Positions 11,969 to 24,411 of a stretch of 64,000 bases of DNA are shown piece by piece. The first letter of the stretch is position 1, and each line of letters starts with the position of its first letter. The translations under genes and the position numbers were made by a program. The notes beneath the pieces were generated by a model. It was not told where the DNA came from, did no database searches, and saw only the letters and a program-made list of their open reading frames with translations. The DNA lies in the NCBI GenBank assembly GCA_043228905.1, contig JBHGNT010000011.1, positions 3,472,001-3,536,000 on the forward strand. The letters are read 5' to 3'. The DNA comes from Azolla caroliniana (Eukaryota > Plantae > Polypodiophyta).

Positions 11969-14900
11969 TATTAGAAATATTGAGAATCGAGTAGATAGGT
12001 ATATAGAGTTACAACTGCAGAGATGGATATATGAGAACAGAATTTCTATTACATATGAGAGTAGTTCAAAATGGTAGTTTTCCCATGCGCTCACACCTTA
12101 GAGCTTAGATAGGATATGGACCGGCTCACTACAAAATTAGTGGGGACAAATGATCAATCTGACCACTGTGTGAGAAAAATGACTTATAATCTATGTTTGG
12201 TCTTAGTATAAATGTGCAAGTCAGTTGACAGTAGTGGAGATATTCCTTTTCTGTCAACTGACTTGTCATTTAATATGACCCAACTCCCTAGGTACAGGCT
12301 AGTGCTAGATAATACTTATCTTGAAGTCAATGACGCATACTTCAAGACTAAGTACATCGTAACTTGCCCACAAAATATTCTAGTTGACTTGATTAGCCAA
12401 TCCTTTTATCTATTTCTCTCTTTCCTAAATATATTGTGTCCTACGCATCTACGGTTTCCTAGATTAACACCTTATCGACCCATATGGTCGAGTTGCACAC
12501 TAGCCGCTCCTCATTTGGGGCGCTATCACAAAATGTGCACTCTAAGAGCACATATGGGGATAGATTTACAACTTGGGGCTGATCATTGATTATATCTAAC
12601 ACGCCCCCTCAATGATCAACCCATTGAGTTCACTTGGAATTGGGCCAACACCTAGTCGTCGAAGGTGTTGTTGCAACTGTTCTGCTCCAAGCGCCTTTGT
12701 GAAGATATCTGCAGCATTTTCTGATGTTGGACAGTACTCAAGCTCCACAATCTCATCATTTATTAGCTCCCGCACATAGTGATACTGAATCTCTATGTGT
12801 TTAGTACGTGCATGAAATACGGGGTTCTTGGCAATGGCCATGCAACTCTGATTGTCACACCTCAATACCGTTGCCGTCCTTATTGGGACTGCCACATCCA
12901 TAAGGATTCTTCTTAGCCAAACTACCTCGCATGCCGCTATGCATGCTGCTTTGTATTCTGCCTCCGTTGAAGATAGTGCCACTGTTGGTTGTTTTTTACT
13001 ACTCCATGAAACAGCTCCAGATCCTATTGAAAAACAATATCCAGAAACTGATTTTCTGGAATCACTATCTCCAGCCCAATCGGAGTCGCAATATCCACTA
13101 AGTTGGTCAATTGTTGGCTTGTAGAAGATTCCATAATTTAAAGTACCCACAATGTACTTTAATACACGTAGAGCAGCTTTCCAATGAGTCTCCTTCGGCT
13201 TGTTGCTGAATCGACTCACCACATTGACTGCAAAACAAATATCCGGCCTAGTGTTGCATAGGAAAATTAGACTTCCTACTAGTTGTCTATACTTCCTTAT
13301 GTCAACCATTGGTGATGAGTCTTCTTGGGATAGCTTGCAGTTTGACTCCATTGGAGTCGACTTCGACTTGCTGTCCATCATCCCGAAGGTCTTCAAGATC
13401 TCTGTTGCATACTTTCTTTGTGACATGAAGATGCCGACCGAGGTTTGCCAAACCTCAATTCCAAGGAAGTAGTGTAGAATCCCCAAGTCTGTCATTTCAA
13501 ACTCAGTTTTCAAACACTCTTGTGTTTGGCCAATGCACTCTTCATGGTCACCAGTAAGTACTAGATCATCCACGTAAATGATAATGATGACTTGTTTCCC
13601 GTCCGTCATTTTGACATACATACTTGCATCCGAAGCACATTGCTTAAAGTCGATTGATCGTAAGAAGCTGTCTATCCTCTTGTTCCAAGCTCTTGGTGCT
13701 TGCTTTAGACCATATAGTGCCTTCTTCAGCTTGCAAACTTTGTTTTCTGAATTCGGTATCTCAAACCCCGGTGGTTGTGTCACATATACCTCCTCCTTGA
13801 GATGCCCATTCAGAAATGCTGATTTGACATCCATTTGATAAATCGGCCATCCTCTTGAAGCAGCCAACGCTATGACCATTCGAATTGTTGTCATGCGAGC
13901 TGTCGGGGCAAATGTTTCTTGTACATCGAACCCTTCAATTTGGGAGTATCCTTGCGCTACTAGCCTGGCCTTGAATTTCTCCAAAGAGCCATCAGCTTTA
14001 TACTTTACTTTCCATACCCACTTCGTGCCTATCACCTTCTTCTTTGTTGGCCTCTCTACCAACTCCCATGTGTCATTTTTCATGATGCTATCATATTCTG
14101 ATATCATCGCCTCTTTCCACTTCGGGTCGGCCATAGCTTCCTCCACCGAGGTCGGCTCACTCACTGAGCCTATGATGTCCACCATCAGAGCCATGTTGAC
14201 AATGTGGTCAGAGGTTCTTCCTTGCTCCTGTATTCTTCTTGATCTTCGTAATCCATCAGTTGAAGTTTCAGGAAACTCAACTTTAGGAGTATGATCATTG
14301 AAGAGTTGTTGAGCCCACTTAGGTATTTTCTTTACATGTGGGACTGGCATAGGCTGAACTAGTGAACCATTACCATCAGATGGTTCAGCTTCCTTTTTTG
14401 GATAATGGGTCGGGATTGGGTAAAATACTTCTTCAGTTGATGAGATAACTTGAGAATCGTTGTTCTCAGCTAGCTGTGGTTGTTCCTCATCGAACACCAC
14501 ATCGCGGCTTGTCAATATCTTTCTTGCCTCTGGATCGTAGAGTCGATAGGCCTTTGACTCTTCACTATATCCGAGAAAGATACACTTTTTGCTTTTAGCA
14601 TCCAACTTCTTTCTGCTCACATCTGGAATATGTGCGTAGCACATACACCCAAAGGTTCTGAAGTGCAGCACTGAAGGTTTCTTGCCTGAATAAGCTTCTT
14701 GGGGTGTTTTCCCTTGAAGTGCCTTCGTGTAGCTCCGATTGAGGATGTAAACTGCTGTGTTCACTGCTTCAGCCCAGAATGGGTCGGGCAGCGCTTGTGC
14801 CTTCAACATACACCTAGCCATCTCGACAACTGTTCGATTTCGACGTTCGACAACGCCATTTTGTTGTGGGGTGTAGGCAGTTGTAAGTTGGCGCTTAATT

Positions 14901-17422
14901 CCATGCTCTTTGCAATACTCACAGAATTCTATTGATAAGAATTCTCCACCTCGATCAGAGCGTAGCTCCTTCACTAACTTTCCAGACTCTCTCTCGACAA
15001 ACTTATGCCATCTTTTGAAGATTTTAAAAGCTTCAGCCTTCTCCCGAAGGAAGTAAACCCACATCTTTCTGCTGAAGTCGTCGACTATTAGCATATAGTA
15101 GAGAGATCCACCCATTGCAGGAGTCACCATTTTTCCAGAGAGGTCAATGTGTATTAGCTGTAGAGGAGTCTTTGCCCGATTTTGACTCTCTTTTGGAATG
15201 GCTGATCTTTGATGCTTGCCCATCATACAAGCATCACAAACATGACTTAAGTCAGATAGGGTTGGCAACCCAACTACCATATTCGACTTCTTCATCTCCT
15301 TCAACACAGCAACGTTGAGATGCCCAAATCTCTCATGCCATTGCTTTGTGTTGGTACTTGTGCTGTGGTCAGTAGAAATGGTAAACGCGCTCAGCTCATA
15401 GAGATTGTTGCGCCTCACCCCTATTCCTACAACCTTGCCAGCAGAATCTGTTATTTCTGCACCCGACTTCTTGAATCGAACATCAAGACCCTTGTCAGTC
15501 AGTGCAGAAATGGACAGTAGATTCTTCTTCAGATCTGGCACGTACAACACTTGAGAGAGATGCTTTGTCCCACCGGTCGTTGCTTTGAGGGAGACGGTTC
15601 CGGTTCCTTTGGCCGGACATCGAGCATTGTTCCCGACCACAACATTGATGGGCTCTTGTAGAGGTGTCCAAGAACTGTACCAGTCACGATTACTGGTCAT
15701 ATGTCGGGATGCTCCACTATCGAGAATCCAAGACTCATCAACAACTTGAGTGTCAACTAAAGAACACACTTCTTCAGTTGCGACCCATAACTCAAGTTCA
15801 TCTACGACATTGTTAGCGGACTCGGGCTCTCTCCAAGAAGTCTTATTAGAACCATTCTTCTCATCCGCCATCTTCTTTCGACAATCCTTGATTGTGTGAC
15901 CCTTCTTGTCACAGTAGAAACACGATCCATTGAACTTCTTCTTCTTCGGTATCCTATTCGCATTGTTTGAATTGGATGCCCCTTCACCCTTAGTCCTAGA
16001 GACAAATGCTGAATCTTCCCTTTCTTCTCTTGTCTTCAGCCGAAGCTCCTCTTCAAGCAGCATTGCACTTAGTTCATCAAATTTTAAAGGAGTGGGTCGA
16101 ACCTGAGTGTTCAATGCTGTCACAATGCCATCATACTTGAAAGGAAGTACTCGAATGCACCGACGAGCCATATCCTCTTGAGAGACGACTACTCCAACAG
16201 CCGCCAGCTGATCTTGAAGATCCTTAATCCTTTTTACAAAGGATTCTACTTTCTCTCCATCAGCGAGCTTCTCTGCAGCAAGCTGATTTTCGAGGTTTTG
16301 TATCCTTGTATAGTTTCTGGTCTCATACTGGCTGGCCAATATGCTCCAAGCTTCATGTGCCCTAGTTGTATGTTGCACTAGTGTTAGTACGGAGTCACAT
16401 ACACCAGTGACTATGGTACATAGCGCATCAGCATTCCTTCTCTTCCAGGCTCGAAGTAGATCAGCATTTGGAGGAATTGATGTGGTAGGGTGTGCAGGGT
16501 CAAAGGTTGCCATGGGCTCAGGGTCTCCCCCTGTGGGTCCCATGATTGTTTCCAACAACTCGTAGGAATCCAAAATGGCAGACATTTTGAACTTCCATAG
16601 AGTGTAGTTGGTTCCATCTAGCTTTCCATCAGACAATGGAGGTGGGCGAATGCGCAATGGAGCAGCTGCGACATTCGTGGACAAGGCCATTGATACTCTG
16701 TCTCTCTCTCTCTCTCTATTTCTCTCTGTTGCTAGACAGCAACTACCCGTATATACCTAATCTAGATCAACCTCTTCGCTCTGATACCATATTAGAAATA
16801 TTGAGAATCGAGTAGATAGGTATATAGAGTTACAACTGCAGAGATGGATATATGAGAACAGAATTTCTATTACATATGAGAGTAGTTCAAAATGGTAGTT
16901 TTCCCATGCGCTCACACCTTAGAGCTTAGATAGGATATGGACCGGCTCACTACAAAATTAGTGGGGACAAATGATCAATCTGACCACTGTGTGAGAAAAA
17001 TGACTTATAATCTATGTTTGGTCTTAGTATAAATGTGCAAGTCAGTTGACAGTAGTGGAGATATTCCTTTTCTGTCAACTGACTTGTCATTTAATATGAC
17101 CCAACTCCCTAGGTACAGGCTAGTGCTAGATAATACTTATCTTGAAGTCAATGACGCATACTTCAAGACTAAGTACATCGTAACTTGCCCACAAAATATT
17201 CTAGTTGACTTGATTAGCCAATCCTTTTATCTATTTCTCTCTTTCCTAAATATATTGTGTCCTACGCATCTACGGTTTCCTAGATTAACACCTTATCGAC
17301 CCATATGGTCGAGTTGCACACTAGCCGCTCCTCATTTGGGGCGCTATCACAAAATGTGCACTCTAAGAGCACATATGGGGATAGATTTACAACTTGGGGC
17401 TGATCATTGATTATATCTAACA
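11969..17422 (-). mobile_element. Intact full-length Ty1/Copia element C
   Basis: 633-bp LTRs 11969-12601 and 16790-17422 look identical; TSD GTTCC (11964-68 / 17423-27); PBS TGGTATCAGAGC (tRNA-iMet) 16789-16778; PPT GAGGGGGCG. Confidence 0.97.
12596..16690 (-). CDS. Copia C gag-pol polyprotein, 1364 aa, uninterrupted
   Basis: [75 protein letters not shown]. Confidence 0.96.
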   Translation of the reverse strand: MALSTNVAAAPLRIRPPPLSDGKLDGTNYTLWKFKMSAILDSYELLETIMGPTGGDPEPMATFDPAHPTTSIPPNADLLRAWKRRNADALCTIVTGVCDSVLTLVQHTTRAHEAWSILASQYETRNYTRIQNLENQLAAEKLADGEKVESFVKRIKDLQDQLAAVGVVVSQEDMARRCIRVLPFKYDGIVTALNTQVRPTPLKFDELSAMLLEEELRLKTREEREDSAFVSRTKGEGASNSNNANRIPKKKKFNGSCFYCDKKGHTIKDCRKKMADEKNGSNKTSWREPESANNVVDELELWVATEEVCSLVDTQVVDESWILDSGASRHMTSNRDWYSSWTPLQEPINVVVGNNARCPAKGTGTVSLKATTGGTKHLSQVLYVPDLKKNLLSISALTDKGLDVRFKKSGAEITDSAGKVVGIGVRRNNLYELSAFTISTDHSTSTNTKQWHERFGHLNVAVLKEMKKSNMVVGLPTLSDLSHVCDACMMGKHQRSAIPKESQNRAKTPLQLIHIDLSGKMVTPAMGGSLYYMLIVDDFSRKMWVYFLREKAEAFKIFKRWHKFVERESGKLVKELRSDRGGEFLSIEFCEYCKEHGIKRQLTTAYTPQQNGVVERRNRTVVEMARCMLKAQALPDPFWAEAVNTAVYILNRSYTKALQGKTPQEAYSGKKPSVLHFRTFGCMCYAHIPDVSRKKLDAKSKKCIFLGYSEESKAYRLYDPEARKILTSRDVVFDEEQPQLAENNDSQVISSTEEVFYPIPTHYPKKEAEPSDGNGSLVQPMPVPHVKKIPKWAQQLFNDHTPKVEFPETSTDGLRRSRRIQEQGRTSDHIVNMALMVDIIGSVSEPTSVEEAMADPKWKEAMISEYDSIMKNDTWELVERPTKKKVIGTKWVWKVKYKADGSLEKFKARLVAQGYSQIEGFDVQETFAPTARMTTIRMVIALAASRGWPIYQMDVKSAFLNGHLKEEVYVTQPPGFEIPNSENKVCKLKKALYGLKQAPRAWNKRIDSFLRSIDFKQCASDASMYVKMTDGKQVIIIIYVDDLVLTGDHEECIGQTQECLKTEFEMTDLGILHYFLGIEVWQTSVGIFMSQRKYATEILKTFGMMDSKSKSTPMESNCKLSQEDSSPMVDIRKYRQLVGSLIFLCNTRPDICFAVNVVSRFSNKPKETHWKAALRVLKYIVGTLNYGIFYKPTIDQLSGYCDSDWAGDSDSRKSVSGYCFSIGSGAVSWSSKKQPTVALSSTEAEYKAACIAACEVVWLRRILMDVAVPIRTATVLRCDNQSCMAIAKNPVFHARTKHIEIQYHYVRELINDEIVELEYCPTSENAADIFTKALGAEQLQQHLRRLGVGPIPSELNGLIIEGAC

Positions 17423-19545
17423 GTTCCTCCTTCAGTTGCTTGATGATTTTGACGTTGTCTTCCGCCTGCGTCTTGTAATGCGTCAATTGCCTTTGATATG
17501 TGCTTTGTAATTTCTGCAATACTATTGATGCTCTCTCTTTTTCTTCCTACTACTACCTCTGGAGCTCCATCCGGACCTTCTCCGCCTCGTCCAAGCGTCT
17601 TGTATTTTCTGCACGTTCGTCGGCGATCGCCGTCGCAGCCCGATCAACTTCCTGCTGGAGCTCGGCCATCCATTCCTTATGCTCCGTTTCCAGCCGTTTG
17701 TAGTCCCGGTGCAGGTGCTCAAAATCATCTGTCTTTTGCTTGAGCCGTGCGTTGATCTGTCGACGGGCCCGGTCCTCGCGGTCCTTCTGCTAGCAGAGCT
17801 CTTCCTTTAGCCGTTCAATCTCCGTTTCCACCGTCTTCCGCAGCTTGTCCTTTTCCTGCAGCACTTTGTCTTTTTCCTCCATTAGCCGGTCGTACGCTTG
17901 ATGGCCTTTCCGGAGGCTCTCCTCTACCCGGCGGAGGTTCTCAGCAGTCTTCTTTAATTCGGCTTCGGCCGCTGTCTTCAATTCCCGTTCACGGCTCCTT
18001 AGCGCTTCTTGTGCGGCAAGTTCATCTCTCAATTCCGCAAGCTCCTGGGCTTGCGCCGCATCTCTCGCCCGAACGGTTTCCGTTGCCGGGGTCTTATTGG
18101 TATGTATAGGTCGATCCGTTTCTTTATTCTGTACACTTACCAGAGTCACCGGTGATTGGATCTGTGTTGCCGTTAAGGCCATTTTGGCCATCTCTGTCGT
18201 GACCTGATCCAAGTCTTTTTCAAGGCACCGGATTCTAGACCGGGCCGTCTCTAGTTGTTCGGTTGTGACGAGCAACCGTTCGCTTTGCGCTCTTTCTTCC
18301 GCCTCAATATACCTCACTGCTCCGACTATCTGTTCGCCTATCCACCGGAGCCACAGGCTACCGGTGCCTTGTTGTGCTTGCACGGAGATTTGACAGATGG
18401 GCTCACTTGTAGATGGGTGCTCCCGCCTGGTTGCGCCGAGTTGCAGTTCCGTTTCTGCCCGTGGACCACCCTGCTGTCCTGGTTCCCTTTGCGATTCTTC
18501 TTGGCTGGCCGAGGGAGGCTGCATTGACCTTTCCGGCTCTGGCGGGATGGGACTTGCCGGTGTTGCCGGTGGTGCCGGGGCTTCTGATTTCGGTGCCATG
18601 CGCACCGGTTTCGGTTCCTTCCTTGGCGTGGGAGTCTCAGTATGGGGAGCCGGTGTTTCCTCCGTCTGAGGGCCCGAACATTTCCCGGCTACCTCAACGG
18701 TCCTTGCCGACGACCGTCGCTGGAGGTGCTCCGTAGGCTCCTCCTCTATTTCCTCTTCCTGAGTCCCGGCATTGAGTTTTGCCGCCAAGGGGTCCGCTTC
18801 TCTATTTACCGGTTGGCGGAGTGTAACCTTTACGGGTCGTGCCGGTGGTTCCTCCTGCGCATCCGTTGGCCGCTTCTGGTTGCCGCCTGTTCTACATCCG
18901 CCGCCTTTCCCTTACTGGCCTTAGAGGCCAACAACTGTTGTCGTTTGGAAGCCGTCTTTGGGGTGCCGTCCGCCACTCTTCCTCGCTTCTTGGGCTGGAC
19001 GGGCTGGATGGGTGGCACAAGCAAGGTGAGCCACTGCGTTACGGCGTGCCATATCCTCCGTCCATCTCGGCCTTCTTTGTCGTCTTTGCCTCTGACGATC
19101 TCGATCGCCGCACACAACTCGTCTGCGATCAATACCGGCCAATCCACCTTGATCCCTTCATAGGTGGCGATGATCATCCCTGCCCGGTTCTGCGGCATGA
19201 CAAGGGGTCTAGGGTACACGTGGCCGTATTCGTGGAGCACACGAGCAATCTCGCGGAACAACATATCTCCGCCGCCCTGTGTCCGGTAGCCCTTGCTGGC
19301 TAGAGAGTACTCACCAAAATACCTGATGAGTTGTTCCGGGGTTGGATTGTCAATCGTGAGTATGCCTCCCTCCGGAAGGCCTGTTAACGCTTGAATCGCC
19401 TCTGCCGTTATGACCTCTGTGTCGATTTCTTTGATCACTTTGTCGGCTTCTTTGTGTGGCGGTACTTCCATCATCATCAAGAAACCCTTGAGCCCGTGTT
19501 GCTTTAGCCATGTCTTGGCGGCTTCCGACAACGTTTGCGGGTCCA
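17423..19545 (-). pseudogene. Extra ORF (ORF3) of Gypsy B downstream of integrase; continues at 11968 to ~11330 beyond Copia C
   Basis: ORF pieces 18830-19768, 17790-18788, 17280-17519, 11459-11857: globular N-domain, Pro/Glu-rich linker, long coiled coil, acidic Q-rich tail. Confidence 0.7.
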
Positions 19546-22500
19546 TGTCTGTGTCGAGGTCGGATTGCGGTGGCGAGGTTGGATGGTGATGAGAGTGAGA
19601 TTGAGAGAGAGAGAGTTCAGAAGGCGGGGGTTCTCTGTGCGTAGGTTCTCGTCTAATGATCTTGCAGCGTCTTGGTGCTTCTGTGCTCCTGGGTTCGCGA
19701 AAGTAAAGGGTCTCTACGCGCAGTGGTTTTTGTCTGTGCATTCTAGCGCCTTTTTCAAGTGTGTGCATGTCGTGTACTAAAATAGCATTATGTCCTGTGG
19801 TGGCGCTTTAAATGCCCACTACGTACCTTTTCGCTCCTCGCTCTTTCATCCATTCATTCCTCGCTTTTGCATGATTGTTTTTTATTTTTATTTTTATTTT
19901 TAATTTTTTTAATAATAGTGTGACGTTACTTGTCCGTTGGTCCTCTTGGACCCTTACCGGCCTCATTCTCCCCAGTTACCGGCTCGCCATCTCCGCCGTC
20001 TTGGTGGTTGCCGTTTCCCTCACTGGTGTCGGTCCTTTGCTCAAATGGGTTCGTAGGCATCGATCCTCTATATGGCTTCAATCGGAATCCGTTGACCCAT
20101 TTGCCTAGCACTTCGTCGGCAAGTGTCCCTAACTGGTAGGACCATTATACTCCCGTGTTAGCCAATACGGTCCGGTCCATCTAAACCGTAGTTTACCCGG
20201 CATCTTGCCCATCCGGGTCTGAAATACTAACACTGGTTTGCCAATTGCGAACATTTTTTACTTTCCTTTCCTGTGCCGGTCGACAAATGCTTTCCGTCGC
20301 CGTTGCTCCAATTCTAAGTGCAGGATGTTGGCCAGTCGTTGTTCCTCGAGTTCACACAGCGCTGTCAACCGTATTGCCTCCGAGTCCTTCTCGTTCAGCC
20401 GTTCCCATAGCTGGATCCGTAAGTTGGGTACTTGGAATTCCACCGGCATTACCGCCTCTAGTCCGAACGCTAACCGGAATGGTGTTGTTCGGATGCTCGT
20501 TTTGTATGTCGTCCGGTATGCCCAAAGCGCGCTATGTAGCTTTGTATCCCAATCCGTTCGGTTTTCGTTGACGATCTTTCGGGGGATATTCTGGAGCGTC
20601 TTGTTCGTTGATTCCGCTAAACCGTTCGCTTGTGGATAGTAAGGTGTGCTCCGTTTGTGGACAACGGCATAGAATGTCATCAGGCTTTCCACTACTTGGC
20701 CGAGAAAGTGCCCCCCTTGGTCGCTTATTAATTCGATTGGGCATCCGTAACGGCACCAGATGTACTCATATAGAAATTTCGTCGTTGACGCAGCGGTGTT
20801 GTCCCTTAATGCTTTGGCCTCCACCCATTTCGTGCAGTAATCCGTCGCGACGATGACGTACCGATTACCCGATGACGTACCGATTACCCGGTGGTTTGAA
20901 CGGTCCCACAAAGTCCATCCCCCACTTTTGGAATGGCTCAAGTGGTAGTACCGGCTGGTGTGGCATACGAGCCTGCTCCGTTGGCTGGCCCATTCGCTGG
21001 CATAGGTCACATTCTTTTGCGTACCGTACCACATCTCTTAATGTCGTTGGCCACCATAGGCCACTTTGCCATATTTTCCTGGCCGTCGCATCTCCGGCAT
21101 AGTGACCTCCGGCAACTCCGTAGTGGGCTTCCCTTAGTATCAGTTCCTTTTCATCACTGCGCACCGCCCATCTCCATATGCCGTCCGCGCCCTTGTGGTA
21201 AAGTGTGTCTTGTAGTAAGCAAAAATGTCGGCTTTGCACCGCCAGGCGTTTCCGTTCGTCCCGGTTCATCTCCTCCGGAGGCAGTCCTGTGCTCAGAAAC
21301 TGGTGCATATTTGTGAGCCACTTGTCTTCCTGTGCCACCGTCTCATCTGTTGTCGTCTCCGTAGTGACTCGAAACAGCTCCGCATCCGGAAACTCATCCG
21401 CTACTCCGTCACCCGTCTCTCCGGACTCTAATCGGCTTAAGTAATCCGCCACGGCATGCTGTATACCGGGTCGGTGGAATATTTCAAACTCGAACTCCTG
21501 TAACAGTAAGGTCCACCGGGCCAATTTGCCGGTGAGTGACGCTTTGGACACCAGGTAAAGGAGTGCCGAATGATCTACATGGAAGGAAAACTTCCTTCCC
21601 AATAAATAATGCCGAAACTTTCTCACACTGTAGATCATCCCTAGAGCTTCCTGTTCCGTGGTAGAGTAGTTCCGTTCTGCTTGGGATAGCTTTCGGCTGG
21701 CATAGTACACTGGCCGGTACCACTTTGGCTCCGTAAGCTGCATCAGTACGCTTCCGATTGCGATGTCGGAGGCGTCCACGAACACATGAAATTCTTTACT
21801 CCAATCCGGAGGCTGCGCTACCGGTGCCTGCGACAATAGTACCTTGAGGGCCCTATACGCCCTATCCTCGGTGTCGGCCCACTGAAATGGTGTCCGATGT
21901 ACGGCGGCATGCAACGGTGTAGCCAGGTCGGCCAAGTATCGGAGCATCCGGCTGTGCCACCGGATCTGGCCTAAGAACCAGCTTAATGCCTTTGCCGTTG
22001 TCGGCGCCGGTGCTTCTAATATGGCTTTTACTTTGTCCGGGTCGACTGCAATACCTTCCTGGCTCACAATATGTCCTAATAGAGTTCCACTGGACACGCC
22101 AAATACACATTTTGCCGGATTCAAGCTTAGCCGGTACGCTCTACACTTTTCAAGACAAAGGCGGAGGTGCTGAAAATGGTCCTCCTCCCGGCTATAGACG
22201 GCGAAATCGTCAAGGAAAACCTACATAAAAGCCGGAATATATTCACCAAAGATTTCCATGATGATTCGTTGAAATGTTGCCGGTGCCGTTTTGAGTCCAA
22301 ACATCATCACCACGGCCACAAACATCCCCCATTCGATGACGAACGTCGTTTTCTCGTGGTCGTCGGGGTGCATCCGGATCTGATTATACCCGCTGAATCC
22401 GTCTAGGAAGCTATAGACCTCATGGCCGGCGACGGCATCCAACACTCCATCTGTGAACGGAAGTGGAAACACATCCGTTACCGTAGTTGCATTGAGTTTC

Positions 22501-22891
22501 CGGTAGTCCACACAAACTCGAATTTTTCCGTTCTTCTTCGGTACGACTACTATCGGGCTTAGCCATGTCGCTTTCTTTACCTTACGGATAAAGCCAACTC
22601 TTAGCAGTTTGTCAATTTCCTCCTTGACTTTGGCGGCATAATTGGGATTCATCCGATACCGTCTTTGTGCCACTGGTTTTGTGTCCTTGCTCAAGTGAAC
22701 CTGATGCTGGTATAACTGAGGGTCGAGTCCTCTCATGTCTTCGTATGACCAGGCGAACACATCGCGAAATTCCGTGAGAAGTGTGATCATCGCCGTTTTG
22801 TCCTCAGACTTCATCTCCTTGGCGATGTGCACCGGTTTTGCTTCGTCCGTGGTCCCTAGGTTCACCTCTTCCAGTTGCGACGCTTTTACGC

Positions 22892-23700
22892 TGTCGTAGT
22901 GTAGGTTGCACACTATGTGGAAATTATATTTTTGTCCCTCCGGATAGAGAATGGAGTGCTCGGTGAGAACCGGAAGAAAACGGCATACCGGCAAGGAGGA
23001 AAACGGCATACCGGCAAGGAAGAAAACGGCATACCGGCAAGGAAGAGCCGGATAAAGAGACATAAATGTAAAAAGAAAGGAAATACTCACTACTGCGCAG
23101 GGCGTGATTCGAACTCTGCACCTCCACATTGACAAACCCCAACCTTACCATTACATTAACTTATCTTAAGTGTTTTAAATATAGATTTAATACGTATAAG
23201 ACCTTTATTTATGCATACCTTTATTAAAAGGTAAATCGTGTATTTTTTTAATATATGAAAAAGAAAAACACGAGACACTAAAAATAACTCATGCACATCT
23301 AGCGTGCATGAGCCCTATACTTAGGAAATAAAAAAGCATCACATGCACATTTAGTGGACATGAACACTTTTTGTAAAAAAAAAAAAGCATGAAGCCATGC
23401 TTAGCTCTTCCTCCCTTATATAAGGAGGAGAGAAATATGTAAAGGGTTGTTGATTATTTGGATTAAGTATTAATCAATACAAAAATTATTCGTGGGATTC
23501 ACGATTTATACATCTACTTCTCTCTTAACACCCTAAGTACCAATTAATATAGTATACTCGTGTGATTCACGAGTTTCTTATCTTTCTCTTTGCTATTTAC
23601 TCATAATTAATCTCTATCTCACGAACTTCTTTCTCCTAGTCCAAGACCTCTGTGCTTCCCACCCGACTCACGCAACGATCCGGAGCCGAAAGGCACGACA
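22892..23700. mobile_element. 809-bp solo LTR inserted between PR and RT of Gypsy B
   Basis: Termini TGTCGT..ACGACA; flanked by ACGC/ACGC; removal restores SQRVKASQLEEVNLG; three 23-bp repeats at ~22976-23045; TATATAA near 23416. Confidence 0.85.
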
Positions 23701-24113
23701 ACGCGCTGTGAAACGACCATTTCCCGTTCCAACGCTTCATGCGCTTGCCGTAACTCCCGGATTGCGTCTTTATCCAGTTCTACTTCAGCCTCTTCCGGTT
23801 GCGGTAAGTATGGTGCTACTGCTTCGGCAATGTCAATTTCGAAGAGGGGTATGATCTTCGGGTTTTCCTGCAGGTACTGAGCTTCTTCTTCGTCAACTAA
23901 CCCTTCTAGCATGTTGATGCATTCCGCATACAACGGTGTACATTCCTTGCCAGTGCTCGTCCTTGGCTGTGTTGGTACCCGTACCTTGGCTTTTCCTCGC
24001 CGAAAGGTAATTATATTTTTCCTCCAATTCTGTTTGATATGTGCCGTTTTCAACCATGGCCGCCCTAGCAATAGCGGGTATGCGCCTTGTGCCTGTAATT
24101 GTAGCACTACTGT

Positions 24114-24411
24114 CGAGATGTGAAATGTATGACCGCCGATGGTGACTTCTAATTTCCGTATTAATCCTGTCGGCCGCACTGAGCTTGTATCGGCCATCCG
24201 CAACCAGAACGGACACGGCTCCCACTCGTGGATTCCTAGGGCATCACACGTCCGGAGGCTTATTACATTCACCCCAGAGCCTCCGTCTATAACTATGCCG
24301 GGGAGTTCTTTCCCTTTTACAATGGCAGTGATTACCGGACTGCTGGTGTCCACCACCGTTGGTCCCTCCTCCGGATTCGAGAAGAGTACCGGTGCCGGTG
24401 ATGGTTCTCCT
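24114..24411. repeat. 298-bp duplicated Gypsy B protease segment, copy 1 (copy 2 at 29887-30184), flanking Copia D
   Basis: The same sequence CGAGATGTGAAATG...GATGGTTCTCCT lies on both sides of D. Confidence 0.93.

Noticed and set aside
12212-12589. Identical 125-aa ORFs at 12212 and 17033
   Set aside because: Antisense frames within the two LTRs of Copia C; no protein motif
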